Shown one piece after another: positions 1-9,591 of a stretch of DNA of 64,000 nucleotides. The notes under the pieces are model-generated. The model did no database searches, was not told the origin of the DNA, and saw nothing but the letters and a program-made list of their open reading frames with translations. The number at the start of each line of letters is the position of its first letter. Position 1 is the stretch's first letter. The translations under genes were made by a program, and so were the position numbers. Source of the stretch: an uncultured Bacteroidales bacterium (lineage in GTDB: Bacteria > Bacteroidota > Bacteroidia > Bacteroidales > Bacteroidaceae); assembly GCA_902775375.1 (NCBI GenBank), contig CACYLU010000004.1, positions 16,265 through 80,264 on the forward strand. Reading direction: 5' to 3'.

Positions 1-1
1 C

Positions 2-1687
2 CATCAGGTTGATCAAACCCTGTGGGTCGTGGAATACTGACCAGGTGTAGTGCCAGCTATTGCCCTCGGTGAAAGCATCGCCCCACTTCAGCGGGTTGAA
101 TGGACTCTGGAAAGTGCCATCCTCGTTCTTGCCACGCATCAGTTTGCTTTCCTCATCAAAGAGGTTGCGATAATTCATCGCCCTCTGGGCATAGATGCCA
201 ATTTCGCTCTCAGGTTTACCTAATGCCTTGCCCAACTGATAAATGCACCAGTCATCGTATGCATATTCCAAGGTACGGGCAGCGCTTTCGTTGATACCTA
301 CATTATAAGGAACATAGCCCAGACTGTTGTAATACTCAACACCCTTTCGACCTGTAGATCCGATGGTAGGATGTTCATGATTGGCTCCATGTGTCACTGC
401 CTCCCACAAAGTCTCGATATCATATCCACGTAATCCTTTCAGGTAGGCATCGGCCACTACTGATGCTGAGTTGTTACCTACCATACAATTGCGATGCCCA
501 GGACTAGCCCATTCGGGTAGGAAACCACTCTCTTTATAGGCATTTGCCAAGCCCTCCTGCATCTTGACATTCATACTGGGATACATCAGGTTGAGGAAGG
601 GGAACAGGCAACGGAAGGTATCCCAGAAACCTGTATCGGTAAACATGTAACCTGGCAATACTTCGCCATTATACGGGCTGTAGTGCACAGGTTTGCCTGC
701 AGCATCTATCTCGTAGAGACTGCGGGGGAATAATACCGAACGATACAGACAGCTATAGAAAGTACGAAGGTGGTCTATATTGTTATCATTTATCTCTATC
801 TTGCCCAATGTTTCGTTCCATGTATCACGTGCTGCTGTACAGATAGCGTCAAAACTACGGTCGCCTATCTCCTGCAAGTTGCGCTCAGCCTGTTCGTAGC
901 TGATGAATGAGGAGGCTACTCGAGCTTCCACCACTTCGCCACGATGAGTAGAGAAACCTACAATGGCACCAGCATGATTGCTCTCAGTTTCAGTGGCGCC
1001 ACCCTTGATGTTTTGGTTATCAACCACAGAAACCTGTGAGAATGGTTTACTGAATTCAATCACGAAATAGTTCTTGAAGTTTTCGGGTACTCCTCCGCTA
1101 TTACGGGTGGTATAGCCTATGATTTTCTGCTCATCAGGCAGTATTTTGATAGATGATCCTCGGTCGAATGCATCGACTACAACAGATGAAAACTCATTTT
1201 TAGGGAAGGTGAAGCGGAATACGGCAGCACGTTCTGTAGGCGTGATTTCTGTCGTGATATCATAGTCGGCCAGGTACACCTTATAGTAGTAGGGTGTAGC
1301 AGTCTCGGCCTTGTGTGAGAACCAGCTGGCACGCTCTTCTTCATCAAATACCGTTTTGCCAGTCACTGGCATCAGACTGAACTGTCCGTAGTCGTTGATC
1401 CACGGACTGGGCTGGTGTGTTTGTTTGAAACCACGAATCTTGTCGGCATCATATACATACGCCCATCCGTCACCCATCTTGCCCGTCTGCGGTGTCCAGA
1501 AGTTCATGCCCCAGGGCAGCGCAATAGCGGGGTAGGTATTACCCGTTGAAAGCGTATATTTGGAGTGGGTACCTACTAGCGTACTCACATAATCGACAGG
1601 TGAATGAGACTCAAAAGTTGTTGTTTCCTGTGTTTGCTGGCAAGCTACAACTGCCAACAAAGAAATAAGTGGTAATAATCGTTTCAT
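2..1687 (-). CDS. GH92 alpha-1,2-mannosidase, lipoprotein; partial (C-terminus runs off the left edge)
   Basis: Not in the ORF track. Manual minus-strand translation from ATG at 1687 gives MKRLLPLISLLAVVAC-QQTQE...PVDYVSTLVGTHSKYTLSTGNTYPAIALPWGMNFWTPQTG...IRGFKQTHQPSPWINDYGQ, with later YVGNSNSASVVADAYLKG and MFTDTGFWDTFR. These are typical GH92 motifs. Confidence 0.92.
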   Translation of the reverse strand, partial: MKRLLPLISLLAVVACQQTQETTTFESHSPVDYVSTLVGTHSKYTLSTGNTYPAIALPWGMNFWTPQTGKMGDGWAYVYDADKIRGFKQTHQPSPWINDYGQFSLMPVTGKTVFDEEERASWFSHKAETATPYYYKVYLADYDITTEITPTERAAVFRFTFPKNEFSSVVVDAFDRGSSIKILPDEQKIIGYTTRNSGGVPENFKNYFVIEFSKPFSQVSVVDNQNIKGGATETESNHAGAIVGFSTHRGEVVEARVASSFISYEQAERNLQEIGDRSFDAICTAARDTWNETLGKIEINDNNIDHLRTFYSCLYRSVLFPRSLYEIDAAGKPVHYSPYNGEVLPGYMFTDTGFWDTFRCLFPFLNLMYPSMNVKMQEGLANAYKESGFLPEWASPGHRNCMVGNNSASVVADAYLKGLRGYDIETLWEAVTHGANHEHPTIGSTGRKGVEYYNSLGYVPYNVGINESAARTLEYAYDDWCIYQLGKALGKPESEIGIYAQRAMNYRNLFDEESKLMRGKNEDGTFQSPFNPLKWGDAFTEGNSWHYTWSVFHDPQGLINLM

Positions 1688-1725
1688 GTCTATCGTAATG
1701 GTTGTTTTAAGGTTTATTCAATATT

Positions 1726-2850
1726 TTATTGCCTGTCAATCTTCAGCAAGGCCCCCGTGTTTACGTCAAACAGCACTTGGGTCACCGTATTTCTGTTAAA
1801 CAGCTGGTCTGCCAGGTATTCGCGCGTGCCGAACTGAGTGAGCGACAACTCTGTATTGATGATGTCTTTATGCTGATAGGTCAGCTTCACATCAGCTTTC
1901 CCTGGCACATTGTAGGCAACACCTTCAATGGCCGACTTATTGCCATTGGTCAGTATGCTGATAATTGATCTGCTTGATTTCCCCTCTGGCTCTGCAGGCT
2001 GCTCAGGAATCAGTTGCTTGTTTACGATGCTCAGTTCAACAGGTTCGCCAGCCAGGTCGTCAGCCTCTACAAAACCCAGTTTCTTGGAGAAGCGGAATAC
2101 CACATGATTGCTCATCTCCTCGGGAGTAACTCTCTTCGTAAAATGATGTTTTTCTGTGGTAACCTTTCCCTCAAACATTTGCACCATTGCTTTCTCTTGC
2201 TTGTTCAGGTTGTCCAGCATGATTTGCAGTTGTGCACCATCCTTGGGCAGGTTTTCGGCTTCACCCCTAAGCAGGGCATTCTTGCTCTCACGAATGCTGT
2301 ATATCTCGCGAGCCACCAGCTCTGCCATCTTTGCGGTTGAGTTGGTCATCAATATTTCTTCAGTCAGGAATGTGCGAGGGTCAGGCAAAACCTCATCCTC
2401 TTGCTGTTTTGCTTGGGGCTGTTCAGCTTTTTGGTCCCCAGAGAAAGGCAGGTTGATAGACCGAACAATACCATCGGCAGTGAGTTCCATCAACGGGGCA
2501 GTGGTACGGTCTTTCATCTCTACAAAATAGATATTGGAAGGATCCGGCACACCCACAATATTTACCTTCACCTCATCCAGTGTCCACGAGGTTTCAGCTT
2601 CCTGTTTCACATCCCGCAAACGCAAGTAGCGCTCGGCATACTTGCTGAACTGTCCTGGTTCGTAGTGTTGTCGTGTCGCCTCTGCTTCGATCTTTATTTC
2701 GGTCTGGGGCAGCATGTAGGTCACCCCAAACTTCTTGCCGAAAGTAACACCTTGTGTCACTTCTGTCTGTGCATAGGACAAATTGAAAATAGATAATTGG
2801 CAATTGAAAACTATCAATGCAATTATTGTCTTTTGTATGCTCTTTCTCAT
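1726..2850 (-). CDS. DUF4831-family exported protein
   Basis: ORF 1726..2871, likely start at M8 (2850). Signal peptide ends in SYA-Q. YMLPQTEIKIEAE...Y.PGQFSKYAERYLRL pattern recognised as Bacteroidales DUF4831. Confidence 0.7.
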   Translation of the reverse strand: MRKSIQKTIIALIVFNCQLSIFNLSYAQTEVTQGVTFGKKFGVTYMLPQTEIKIEAEATRQHYEPGQFSKYAERYLRLRDVKQEAETSWTLDEVKVNIVGVPDPSNIYFVEMKDRTTAPLMELTADGIVRSINLPFSGDQKAEQPQAKQQEDEVLPDPRTFLTEEILMTNSTAKMAELVAREIYSIRESKNALLRGEAENLPKDGAQLQIMLDNLNKQEKAMVQMFEGKVTTEKHHFTKRVTPEEMSNHVVFRFSKKLGFVEADDLAGEPVELSIVNKQLIPEQPAEPEGKSSRSIISILTNGNKSAIEGVAYNVPGKADVKLTYQHKDIINTELSLTQFGTREYLADQLFNRNTVTQVLFDVNTGALLKIDRQ

Positions 2851-2860
2851 AATATCTGAC

Positions 2861-3967
2861 TTATTTCGCAAAAACTATACATACTGGCTGACTGAGGTTG
2901 ATATCGCGTTGCGTATTAAGCAGCATGCCTGTTTCTATGACCCTTTCAAATACCTCGATCTTGTTGTCATTCATATCAGCCACCAGCACATACTTGCCAT
3001 TAGGGGTGATGTTGAAATTACGAGGATGCTTGCCAGTTGGCTGATAGCCTACCTTCTCCAGTAATCCGCTTGCTTGATCCACCTTGAAGATGGCCAACCC
3101 ATCATCAGCATTACGCACGCTGGCATAGAGGAACTTGCCATCGGGTGAGAGGTGAATGTCGGCTGCATGACGATCATCCTGTGGATGTGTTTCAATGGTT
3201 TGTATCACCTGCATGTTCCCCTCGTTATAGCTGCAAACAGTCACTGCCTCGCTCAGCTCGCTGATAATATACACAAATCTCCCGTCTTTGCTGAAGATGA
3301 TGTGTCTAGGACCCGAATCTTCATTGATGGGCGTATTGTCTAACTTCAGATAAGGTTTAGTAGGATCGGCTTCCACATCAAAATGCAGGATGCGGTCGGC
3401 ACTGAAATCGGTAGCCAACAACAGCTTCCCATCAGGACTGAAGGCGGTGCAATGCACATGCGGAGTCTGCTGACGACTCATGTCAGGGCCACCTATATTG
3501 CCACAGAAGATGGTATCCACAGGTTCCAGTCCGCCATCATATCGTAGGGGAAACACTGACATACTGCCACCTGTATAGTTAGCTGTAGTAGCGATTTTGC
3601 CATTGGTGGCCACATAGCAGGGATCCTCACCGTAGGTAGGTTGTTGGTTAATCAGTTCAGCCGTACCGTCTTCTTTATTGAACTTAAAGGCAGCCAATGC
3701 TGCAGTTTCATCATTCTTCTCACTTACCACATACATCACCTGTTGGTTGGCAGAGAGGGTGAGGTAGGAGGGGTTGTCCATTTTGATTACCTCCAATGGC
3801 CTTGCTGTACCCTTTTCCTGGTCAAACTTAAAAGTGTAAATACCCTCGCTGCCGGCATTGGTATAAGTGCCCACAATCATGGTTAGTTCGTCTGTCTTCT
3901 GTGCTGTTTCGCAAGCAGTCAGTGCCAGGAGCAAACCACCTATGAAATATTTTCTTAACATAATCAT
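2861..3967 (-). CDS. Lactonase family (6-phosphogluconolactonase-like, 7-bladed beta-propeller) lipoprotein
   Basis: Motifs IVGTYT, NPSYL, ANYTGGS, PHVH, GPRHI.F..DG, AADIHLSPDGKFLYASVR, GKHPRNFNITPNG. Lipobox LLLALTAC. The ORF-track start (4039) overlaps glpF, so the start is placed at M25/M27 (3967/3961). Confidence 0.88.
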   Translation of the reverse strand: MIMLRKYFIGGLLLALTACETAQKTDELTMIVGTYTNAGSEGIYTFKFDQEKGTARPLEVIKMDNPSYLTLSANQQVMYVVSEKNDETAALAAFKFNKEDGTAELINQQPTYGEDPCYVATNGKIATTANYTGGSMSVFPLRYDGGLEPVDTIFCGNIGGPDMSRQQTPHVHCTAFSPDGKLLLATDFSADRILHFDVEADPTKPYLKLDNTPINEDSGPRHIIFSKDGRFVYIISELSEAVTVCSYNEGNMQVIQTIETHPQDDRHAADIHLSPDGKFLYASVRNADDGLAIFKVDQASGLLEKVGYQPTGKHPRNFNITPNGKYVLVADMNDNKIEVFERVIETGMLLNTQRDINLSQPVCIVFAK

Positions 3968-3972
3968 TCTTT

Positions 3973-4692
3973 CTATGCGAGTAAATACAAGCCTGCGGCT
4001 AAAGCACAACCAATGACAGGTCCCAAGCCTGGCACCCATGCATAACTCCAGTCACTGTCGCGCTTGCCCTTGATAGGCAGAATGAAATGAGCGAAACGAG
4101 GAGCCAGGTCACGGGCAGGATTGATAGCATAGCCAGTGGTTCCGCCCAATGACATACCGATGGCAACAATCAGGAAGGTGACAGGGAATGCTCCCAGGCT
4201 GCCCATGCCCATCTCTGGCGTGTTGCCCACGTTACCTATGGCAAGGATGCAATACACCAGTACGAAGGTGCCGATGGCTTCGCTCAGCAGGTTGCGCCAC
4301 TTGTTGCGGATGGCAGGGATGGTGCAGAAAGTACCCAACTTAGTGTCAGCATCAGGCGTTGCATCGTAGTGGTCTTTGAAATAGATATATACCAAAACAG
4401 CACCCACGAAGCCACCCAGCATCTGGGCAATGATATAAGGCACCACAAGGTTCCAGTCGAATGTTCCTGCTAGTGCCAAACCTATGGACACAGCGGGGTT
4501 GAGGTGAGCCCCAGTATATGGGCCAGCTACAAACACACCACACATCACGGCCAAACCCCAGGCGAAGGTTACAACCACCCAGCCGGCACCTTTGGCCTTT
4601 GATTTCTCTAAACTGACATTGGCACAAACGCCATCGCCCATCAGTATCAGAATCATCGTTCCGATGAACTCGAATATCATTTTCTCTATCAT
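3973..4692 (-). CDS. glpF: Glycerol uptake facilitator (MIP/aquaglyceroporin)
   Basis: Two NPA boxes (GAHLNPAVS, GYAINPARDLAPR), hydrophobic helices, adjacent to glpK. Confidence 0.95.
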   Translation of the reverse strand: MIEKMIFEFIGTMILILMGDGVCANVSLEKSKAKGAGWVVVTFAWGLAVMCGVFVAGPYTGAHLNPAVSIGLALAGTFDWNLVVPYIIAQMLGGFVGAVLVYIYFKDHYDATPDADTKLGTFCTIPAIRNKWRNLLSEAIGTFVLVYCILAIGNVGNTPEMGMGSLGAFPVTFLIVAIGMSLGGTTGYAINPARDLAPRFAHFILPIKGKRDSDWSYAWVPGLGPVIGCALAAGLYLLA

Positions 4693-4717
4693 AATAGCTT
4701 GTTGATTATATCAATTG

Positions 4718-6208
4718 TTAATTTTCAATTGTCAAAGTTCGTTGTATAGCCTCACGCCACTTCTTCACCTGTGCCTCCACTCGCTGACGGTCATCAGTAG
4801 GCATGAACATCGAGTCAATCTGCCACTGGTCGCGAATCTCCTCCACACTCTTCCAGAAGCCCACAGCCAAACCTGCCAGATAAGTAGCACCTAAGGCCGT
4901 TGTCTCAGGATTACGAGGACGAATCACCTTGGTGTTCAGTATGTCGGCTTGGAACTGCATCATCAGGTTGTTGCGTGAAGCACCACCATCCACCTTCAGC
5001 TCAGCCAATGGAAGCTCCGCATCACGCTGCATGGCCTGCACGATGTCGAGTGTTTGGAAAGCTATGCCCTCTAAGGCAGCACGAGCTATATGGGCTGCTG
5101 TGGTGCCTCGGCTGATGCCAGTGATGCTGCCACGAGCATATTGGTCCCAATATGGAGCGCCCATACCAGTCAGTGCAGGCACGAAATACACACCACCCGT
5201 ATCGGGCACTGTTGCTGCCAAAGCTTCAATCTCACCCGATGACTTGATTATGCCCAATCCATCACGCAACCATTGAACTACCGAACCACCCACGAAGATA
5301 CTGCCTTCTAGTGCGTAGGTTACTTTATTATTTATTTTCAGTGCTATGGTGGTCAGCAGATTATTCTTCGACATGATAGGTTTCTCGCCACTGTTCATCA
5401 GTAGGAAGCATCCCGTGCCATAGGTGTTCTTCACACTGCCAGGCTCTGTACACAGTTGCCCGAACAGAGCAGCTTGCTGGTCGCCAGCAATACCGCCAAT
5501 AGCAACTGGCTCACTGAAGATGGCCGATTGTGTATAGCCATAAACTTCGCTGCACGACTTCACCTCGGGCATCATTGACAGAGGAATGTCAAACAGCTTC
5601 AGCAGTTCCTCGTCCCATTGCAGGGTATGGATATTGAACAGCATGGTGCGCGATGCGTTGGTCACATCCGTAATGTGCAATGCACCTTTCGTCAGTCGCC
5701 ACACCAGCCATGAGTCAACGGTGCCAAAACGCAGCTTGCCTTGCTGGGCACGAGCCCTTGCACCACTCACGTTGTCGAGTATCCACTTGATTTTCGTGGC
5801 ACTGAAATAGGCATCGATTATCAGACCCGTCTTTTCGTGAATCATCTCAGTCACTCCCTGTGCCTTCAGCTCGTCGCAATATTCAGCCGTGCGGCGGTCT
5901 TGCCACACGATGGCATTATAGATAGGCTCTTCGGTTTCCACATCCCACACAATGGTGGTTTCGCGCTGATTGGTGATACCTATGGCAGCAATGTCACTGC
6001 CGTTTAATCCCATCTTCGCCATAGCCTCGCTGATGACCGATGCCTCCGACGACCATATCTCGTGAGGGTTATGCTCCACCCATCCCGATTTCGGGAAATA
6101 TTGGGTAAACTCCTTCTGCGCTACCGCACAGCTTTCGCCAGCCTTGTTGAAGATGATGGCGCGCGAGCTGCTGGTGCCCTGATCTACTGCTAAAATGTAT
6201 TTTTCCAT
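4718..6208 (-). CDS. glpK: Glycerol kinase
   Basis: Motifs [84 protein letters not shown]. Start placed at MEKYIL (6208). Confidence 0.97.
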   Translation of the reverse strand: MEKYILAVDQGTSSSRAIIFNKAGESCAVAQKEFTQYFPKSGWVEHNPHEIWSSEASVISEAMAKMGLNGSDIAAIGITNQRETTIVWDVETEEPIYNAIVWQDRRTAEYCDELKAQGVTEMIHEKTGLIIDAYFSATKIKWILDNVSGARARAQQGKLRFGTVDSWLVWRLTKGALHITDVTNASRTMLFNIHTLQWDEELLKLFDIPLSMMPEVKSCSEVYGYTQSAIFSEPVAIGGIAGDQQAALFGQLCTEPGSVKNTYGTGCFLLMNSGEKPIMSKNNLLTTIALKINNKVTYALEGSIFVGGSVVQWLRDGLGIIKSSGEIEALAATVPDTGGVYFVPALTGMGAPYWDQYARGSITGISRGTTAAHIARAALEGIAFQTLDIVQAMQRDAELPLAELKVDGGASRNNLMMQFQADILNTKVIRPRNPETTALGATYLAGLAVGFWKSVEEIRDQWQIDSMFMPTDDRQRVEAQVKKWREAIQRTLTIEN

Positions 6209-6255
6209 AGTATTGTATTTAATTGACAATTGATAATTGATAATTAACCAATATG

Positions 6256-7287
6256 TTAAATCCTCAATCGCCTACAGTCTTCAATCAATTCATCCACATG
6301 CGCCTCGTCAGTAGCCCATGACGTTACGAAGCGTATGGCAGAATGGTCTTTATCCATCGGTTGCCACTCTTCAAAAATATATTTCTTTGCCAGAATTGCC
6401 ATTTCCTCTTTGCTGACAATGGGGAACACCTGGTTGGTAGGTGATTCAGCTAGGAATTGGTAGCCAGCTTCCTTCAATGCTGCCGACAGTTTCTTGGCCA
6501 GCACGTTGGCCTGACGGGCAATCTTGAAATACAGGTCGTCCTTGAACAGCTCGCCAAACTGCACACCCAGCAGCCATCCCTTAGCCAGCAAGGCACCACG
6601 CTCTTTGCGCACATAATCGAAGTCAGGATACAAGTCAGGATTGTTGAACACAATAGCCTCGCCCAGCAAAGCCCCATTCTTGGTGCCGCCGATATAGAAA
6701 ACATCCGTCAGCTCCGTCAGGTCATGCAGCGTCAGGTCGTTCTCGTCTGAGGTTAGTGCACTGCCCAGGCGTGCTCCGTCAAGATAAAGCAATAGGTTGT
6801 GCGAGCGGCAGAAGTCACTGATGGCCTGCAACTCAGCTTTCTTATAAATGGTGCCCACCTCGGTGGCGTCAGACACATATACCATAGCTGGTTTCACCAT
6901 GTGCGGACGCATGAAATAGTCGTCGAGCGCTTTTTGAATCCCCTCAGGCGTCAGTTTGCCCTGTATGCCATGCACGGTGATGACACGATGTCCTGTAGCC
7001 TCGATAGCACCCGTCTCATGAGCCCAAATATGACCTCCGTCCACACAAATCACTGCTTCCGGTGTGCGCAGCAAGGCAGAGATCACCGCCATATTGGCCT
7101 GTGTTCCGCCAATTACGAAATAAATGCTTGCTTTTGGGTTACCGATGCGTTGGCGAATCAGCTCTATGGCTTCTTTTGTCACCTCATCCTCGCCATAGCC
7201 CGGATGCTGCATCAAGTTTCTCTCCTGAAGTTTCTTCAGGATATTTGGGTGTGCCCCCTCTGAATAGTCGCATGTAAAACTGTACAT
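6256..7287 (-). CDS. ltaE: Low-specificity L-threonine aldolase (PLP, beta-eliminating lyase family)
   Basis: Motifs [62 protein letters not shown]. Confidence 0.9.
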   Translation of the reverse strand: MYSFTCDYSEGAHPNILKKLQERNLMQHPGYGEDEVTKEAIELIRQRIGNPKASIYFVIGGTQANMAVISALLRTPEAVICVDGGHIWAHETGAIEATGHRVITVHGIQGKLTPEGIQKALDDYFMRPHMVKPAMVYVSDATEVGTIYKKAELQAISDFCRSHNLLLYLDGARLGSALTSDENDLTLHDLTELTDVFYIGGTKNGALLGEAIVFNNPDLYPDFDYVRKERGALLAKGWLLGVQFGELFKDDLYFKIARQANVLAKKLSAALKEAGYQFLAESPTNQVFPIVSKEEMAILAKKYIFEEWQPMDKDHSAIRFVTSWATDEAHVDELIEDCRRLRI

Positions 7288-7319
7288 TCTTCTTGTTGGT
7301 TTGATTTAATAATACCTTG

Positions 7320-7327
7320 CGAAGTTA
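7320..7327 (-). promoter_or_regulatory. Bacteroidetes -7 promoter box variant (TAACTTCG) for the ltaE-glpK-glpF operon
   Basis: Plus strand CGAAGTTA, 33 nt upstream of the ltaE start. Confidence 0.55.
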
Positions 7328-7510
7328 CGTATTATTTTTCTATTATAAAAGAATATCAAGTCAAATTGTAGCGTCATACCCTTAACCCAAAGCACGTAGT
7401 AGTGCTGATGGCTGTCAGCGAAGTTAATGTCACACTCAGTCATGAAATCTACGATAACAGTGCCGATAATCAAATAGAAGCACAATAAATAAAAGCCTCA
7501 TGAACAGTCC

Positions 7511-7885
7511 AAAAGTGACAATAGTGACAATAAAAATGCGAAATCCTCATACGCGCGACATTTAGTCGGGGCTTAAATGTCATGTATAGGAAAAATTTGA
7601 TTTCCTTGAGTCATTAAAGTCATAATGTTTGCATTAGCTGCTAAATATCAACGATTTACAATGCTTGCAAAAAAGTGCCTCTTTTTATAGAGAAATCAGC
7701 CTGCTTTTACCATGAATGTAGGGCGCAAAGCCAGCAAAAAGAGCCTGCTTTCGGCAGCAAACTAATATGGCGTGAAATATTTTGCCGAGGCTTTGAGATT
7801 ATATTGTCTGAAGTTCAACTGCCATATGCGAGAAAAAAACGCTGATGTTTGTCATTTCTTGTCATTGTCGGTCAAAGATTGTCAA
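7511..7885. repeat. Structured intergenic repeat module (GTGACAATA x2 ... TTGTCA arrays, internal 22-bp-period units)
   Basis: GTGACAATA tandem at 7515-7532. Inverted TTGTCA(T) copies at 7849-7885. Internal inverted repeat GACATTTA/TAAATGTC at 7557-7581. GCCT(G)CTTT units start near 7676, 7698 and 7742 (22-bp register). Confidence 0.6.
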
Positions 7886-8110
7886 CGGAAGGTGCAGGAA
7901 GCATTACTTTTGCAGTGCCTTCAGGAAAAAGGAAAGCGAGCTGCAAAAGTATCCTGAAGGTAGAAAGTTAATAAATTCACTTATAGCCAAAACGTATGAT
8001 TATTTTCAAAGTAGGATATAACAAAAACTCTTTCACCTCAGCCTTAGGTAAGTGGTATGGTAGTATTATTTCGGTTGAGACCATGAATTCCCAAACTGAC
8101 AAGCTAGTTG

Positions 8111-8145
8111 AAAAAAGGGGAGGTACAATCTTGCACTCCCCCTTT
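8111..8145 (-). terminator. Intrinsic terminator downstream of the aldo/keto reductase operon
   Basis: GGGGAGGTACAA-TC-TTGCACTCCCC imperfect stem preceded on the plus strand by A6, which gives a U-tract on the minus strand. Confidence 0.7.
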
Positions 8146-8164
8146 GCTTCAAGCATTATGTATT

Positions 8165-9589
8165 TTACAGTGTTTCTTGTTTCAACGCTTCCACATACTT
8201 GTCGATACGTTGCATCTGCTGTGGTATGTTGATGCGTTGCGGGCACTCCGGTGAGCATTGGTTGCAGCCGGTACAATGGCTGGCCTGGCGGAGCTTGGGC
8301 ACAGAGCGGTCATAGCCCACCAAGAAGGCCTGACGGGCTTTCTTGTAGTTAGGATCTTGACGGCTCTCCGGCACGTTGCCTTCGTTCACGCATTTGTTGT
8401 AATGCACGAGAATGCCTGGGATATCCAATCCGTAAGGACAAGGCATGCAGTATTGGCAGCTGTTGCACGGGATGGTGGGGTAGGTGACCATCAAGCTGGC
8501 GGTGTCTTCCAGATAGGCCAGGTCGGCCTCTGACAATGGCACTACTGGTGCCAAACTGCGGATGTTATCTTGCAGATGCTCCATATAGGTCATACCGCTC
8601 AACACACTCAGCACCATAGGGAAGGTACCGCAGAAGCGGAAGGCCCATGATGCCACGCTGTTCTCTGGCTCTTGCTGCTTGAGGCGTGCCACAATGTGGT
8701 TAGGTACATTTGACAAACGGCCACCCAACAACGGCTCCATGATGGTGCAAGGGATGTTGCGTTTTGCCAGTTCGCCATACAGATACTCGGCATTGACATT
8801 GCGTGGGTTGGTCTCCTTGGCGTGGGTCCAGTCGAGGTAATTCATCTGAATCTGTACGAAGTCCCACTTGTATTTGCCTTCGTCGTGCAGTTGCAGCATA
8901 TAGTCGAACACTGCCACATCACCGTGGAACGACCAGCCCAGGTTGCGAATCCTGCCTGCTTCTTTCTCCTTTACGAGGAAGTCGAGCATGCCGTTGTCGA
9001 AGAATCGTTCCATCAGCAAAGGTATGCCGCTACCGCCTCCGATAGAGTGCAGCAGATAGTAGTCGATATAGTCAATCTGCAACTCCTTGAACGAGTTGTA
9101 GTACATCTCCTGTGAGCGCTTCAGCAATTCCTGTGGCGAGAGTCCTTGACCAGCAAAGCGTTGGTTGGACATCTTGGTGGCCACGTAGAAACTCTCGCGT
9201 GGATGGCGCTTCAAGGCAATGCCGGTGGCACGCTCAGACTGGCCCTGCACATAAACGGGAGCCGTATCGTAGTAGTTTACACCATGCGCCATTGCATAGT
9301 CAATCAGTTCGTTCACACGCTCTTGGTCGATGATGTTGCCATTAGCATCAGGCTGAGGCAGGGTAGGCCAGCGCATGCAGCCGTAACCCAAGAGCGAAAC
9401 CTTATCGCCTGTAGTGGGGTTGGTGCGATAGGTCATCTGTCCTACAGGCACCTCAGTGGTGTGGTGGCCTGCTGGGTCGTATTGGGCATCTTTCTTGGGG
9501 GCACAACTTGCTACAGCGGCTCCTGCAGCAACTGTTGCACCTGCTCCCATGACCTTCAGGAACCCACGACGGTTGATATTATTAGCCAT
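8165..9589 (-). CDS. Twin-arginine-signal aldo/keto reductase with C-terminal 2x[4Fe-4S] domain (paralog 2)
   Basis: NRRGFLK Tat motif followed by AAVAS-C. AKR tetrad-like YYDTAPVY / ATKM / LLHS. C-terminal CNSCQYCMPC and CTGCNQCSPECP. Confidence 0.9.
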   Translation of the reverse strand: MANNINRRGFLKVMGAGATVAAGAAVASCAPKKDAQYDPAGHHTTEVPVGQMTYRTNPTTGDKVSLLGYGCMRWPTLPQPDANGNIIDQERVNELIDYAMAHGVNYYDTAPVYVQGQSERATGIALKRHPRESFYVATKMSNQRFAGQGLSPQELLKRSQEMYYNSFKELQIDYIDYYLLHSIGGGSGIPLLMERFFDNGMLDFLVKEKEAGRIRNLGWSFHGDVAVFDYMLQLHDEGKYKWDFVQIQMNYLDWTHAKETNPRNVNAEYLYGELAKRNIPCTIMEPLLGGRLSNVPNHIVARLKQQEPENSVASWAFRFCGTFPMVLSVLSGMTYMEHLQDNIRSLAPVVPLSEADLAYLEDTASLMVTYPTIPCNSCQYCMPCPYGLDIPGILVHYNKCVNEGNVPESRQDPNYKKARQAFLVGYDRSVPKLRQASHCTGCNQCSPECPQRINIPQQMQRIDKYVEALKQETL

Positions 9590-9591
9590 AA

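Noticed and set aside
7905-7960. Classical H-type frameshifting pseudoknot or invertible promoter
   Set aside because: Not in a coding region, the loop lengths (2, 14, 0) do not fit H-type geometry, the repeats are interleaved rather than flanking a promoter, and no invertase is nearby. Kept only as an unexplained motif.
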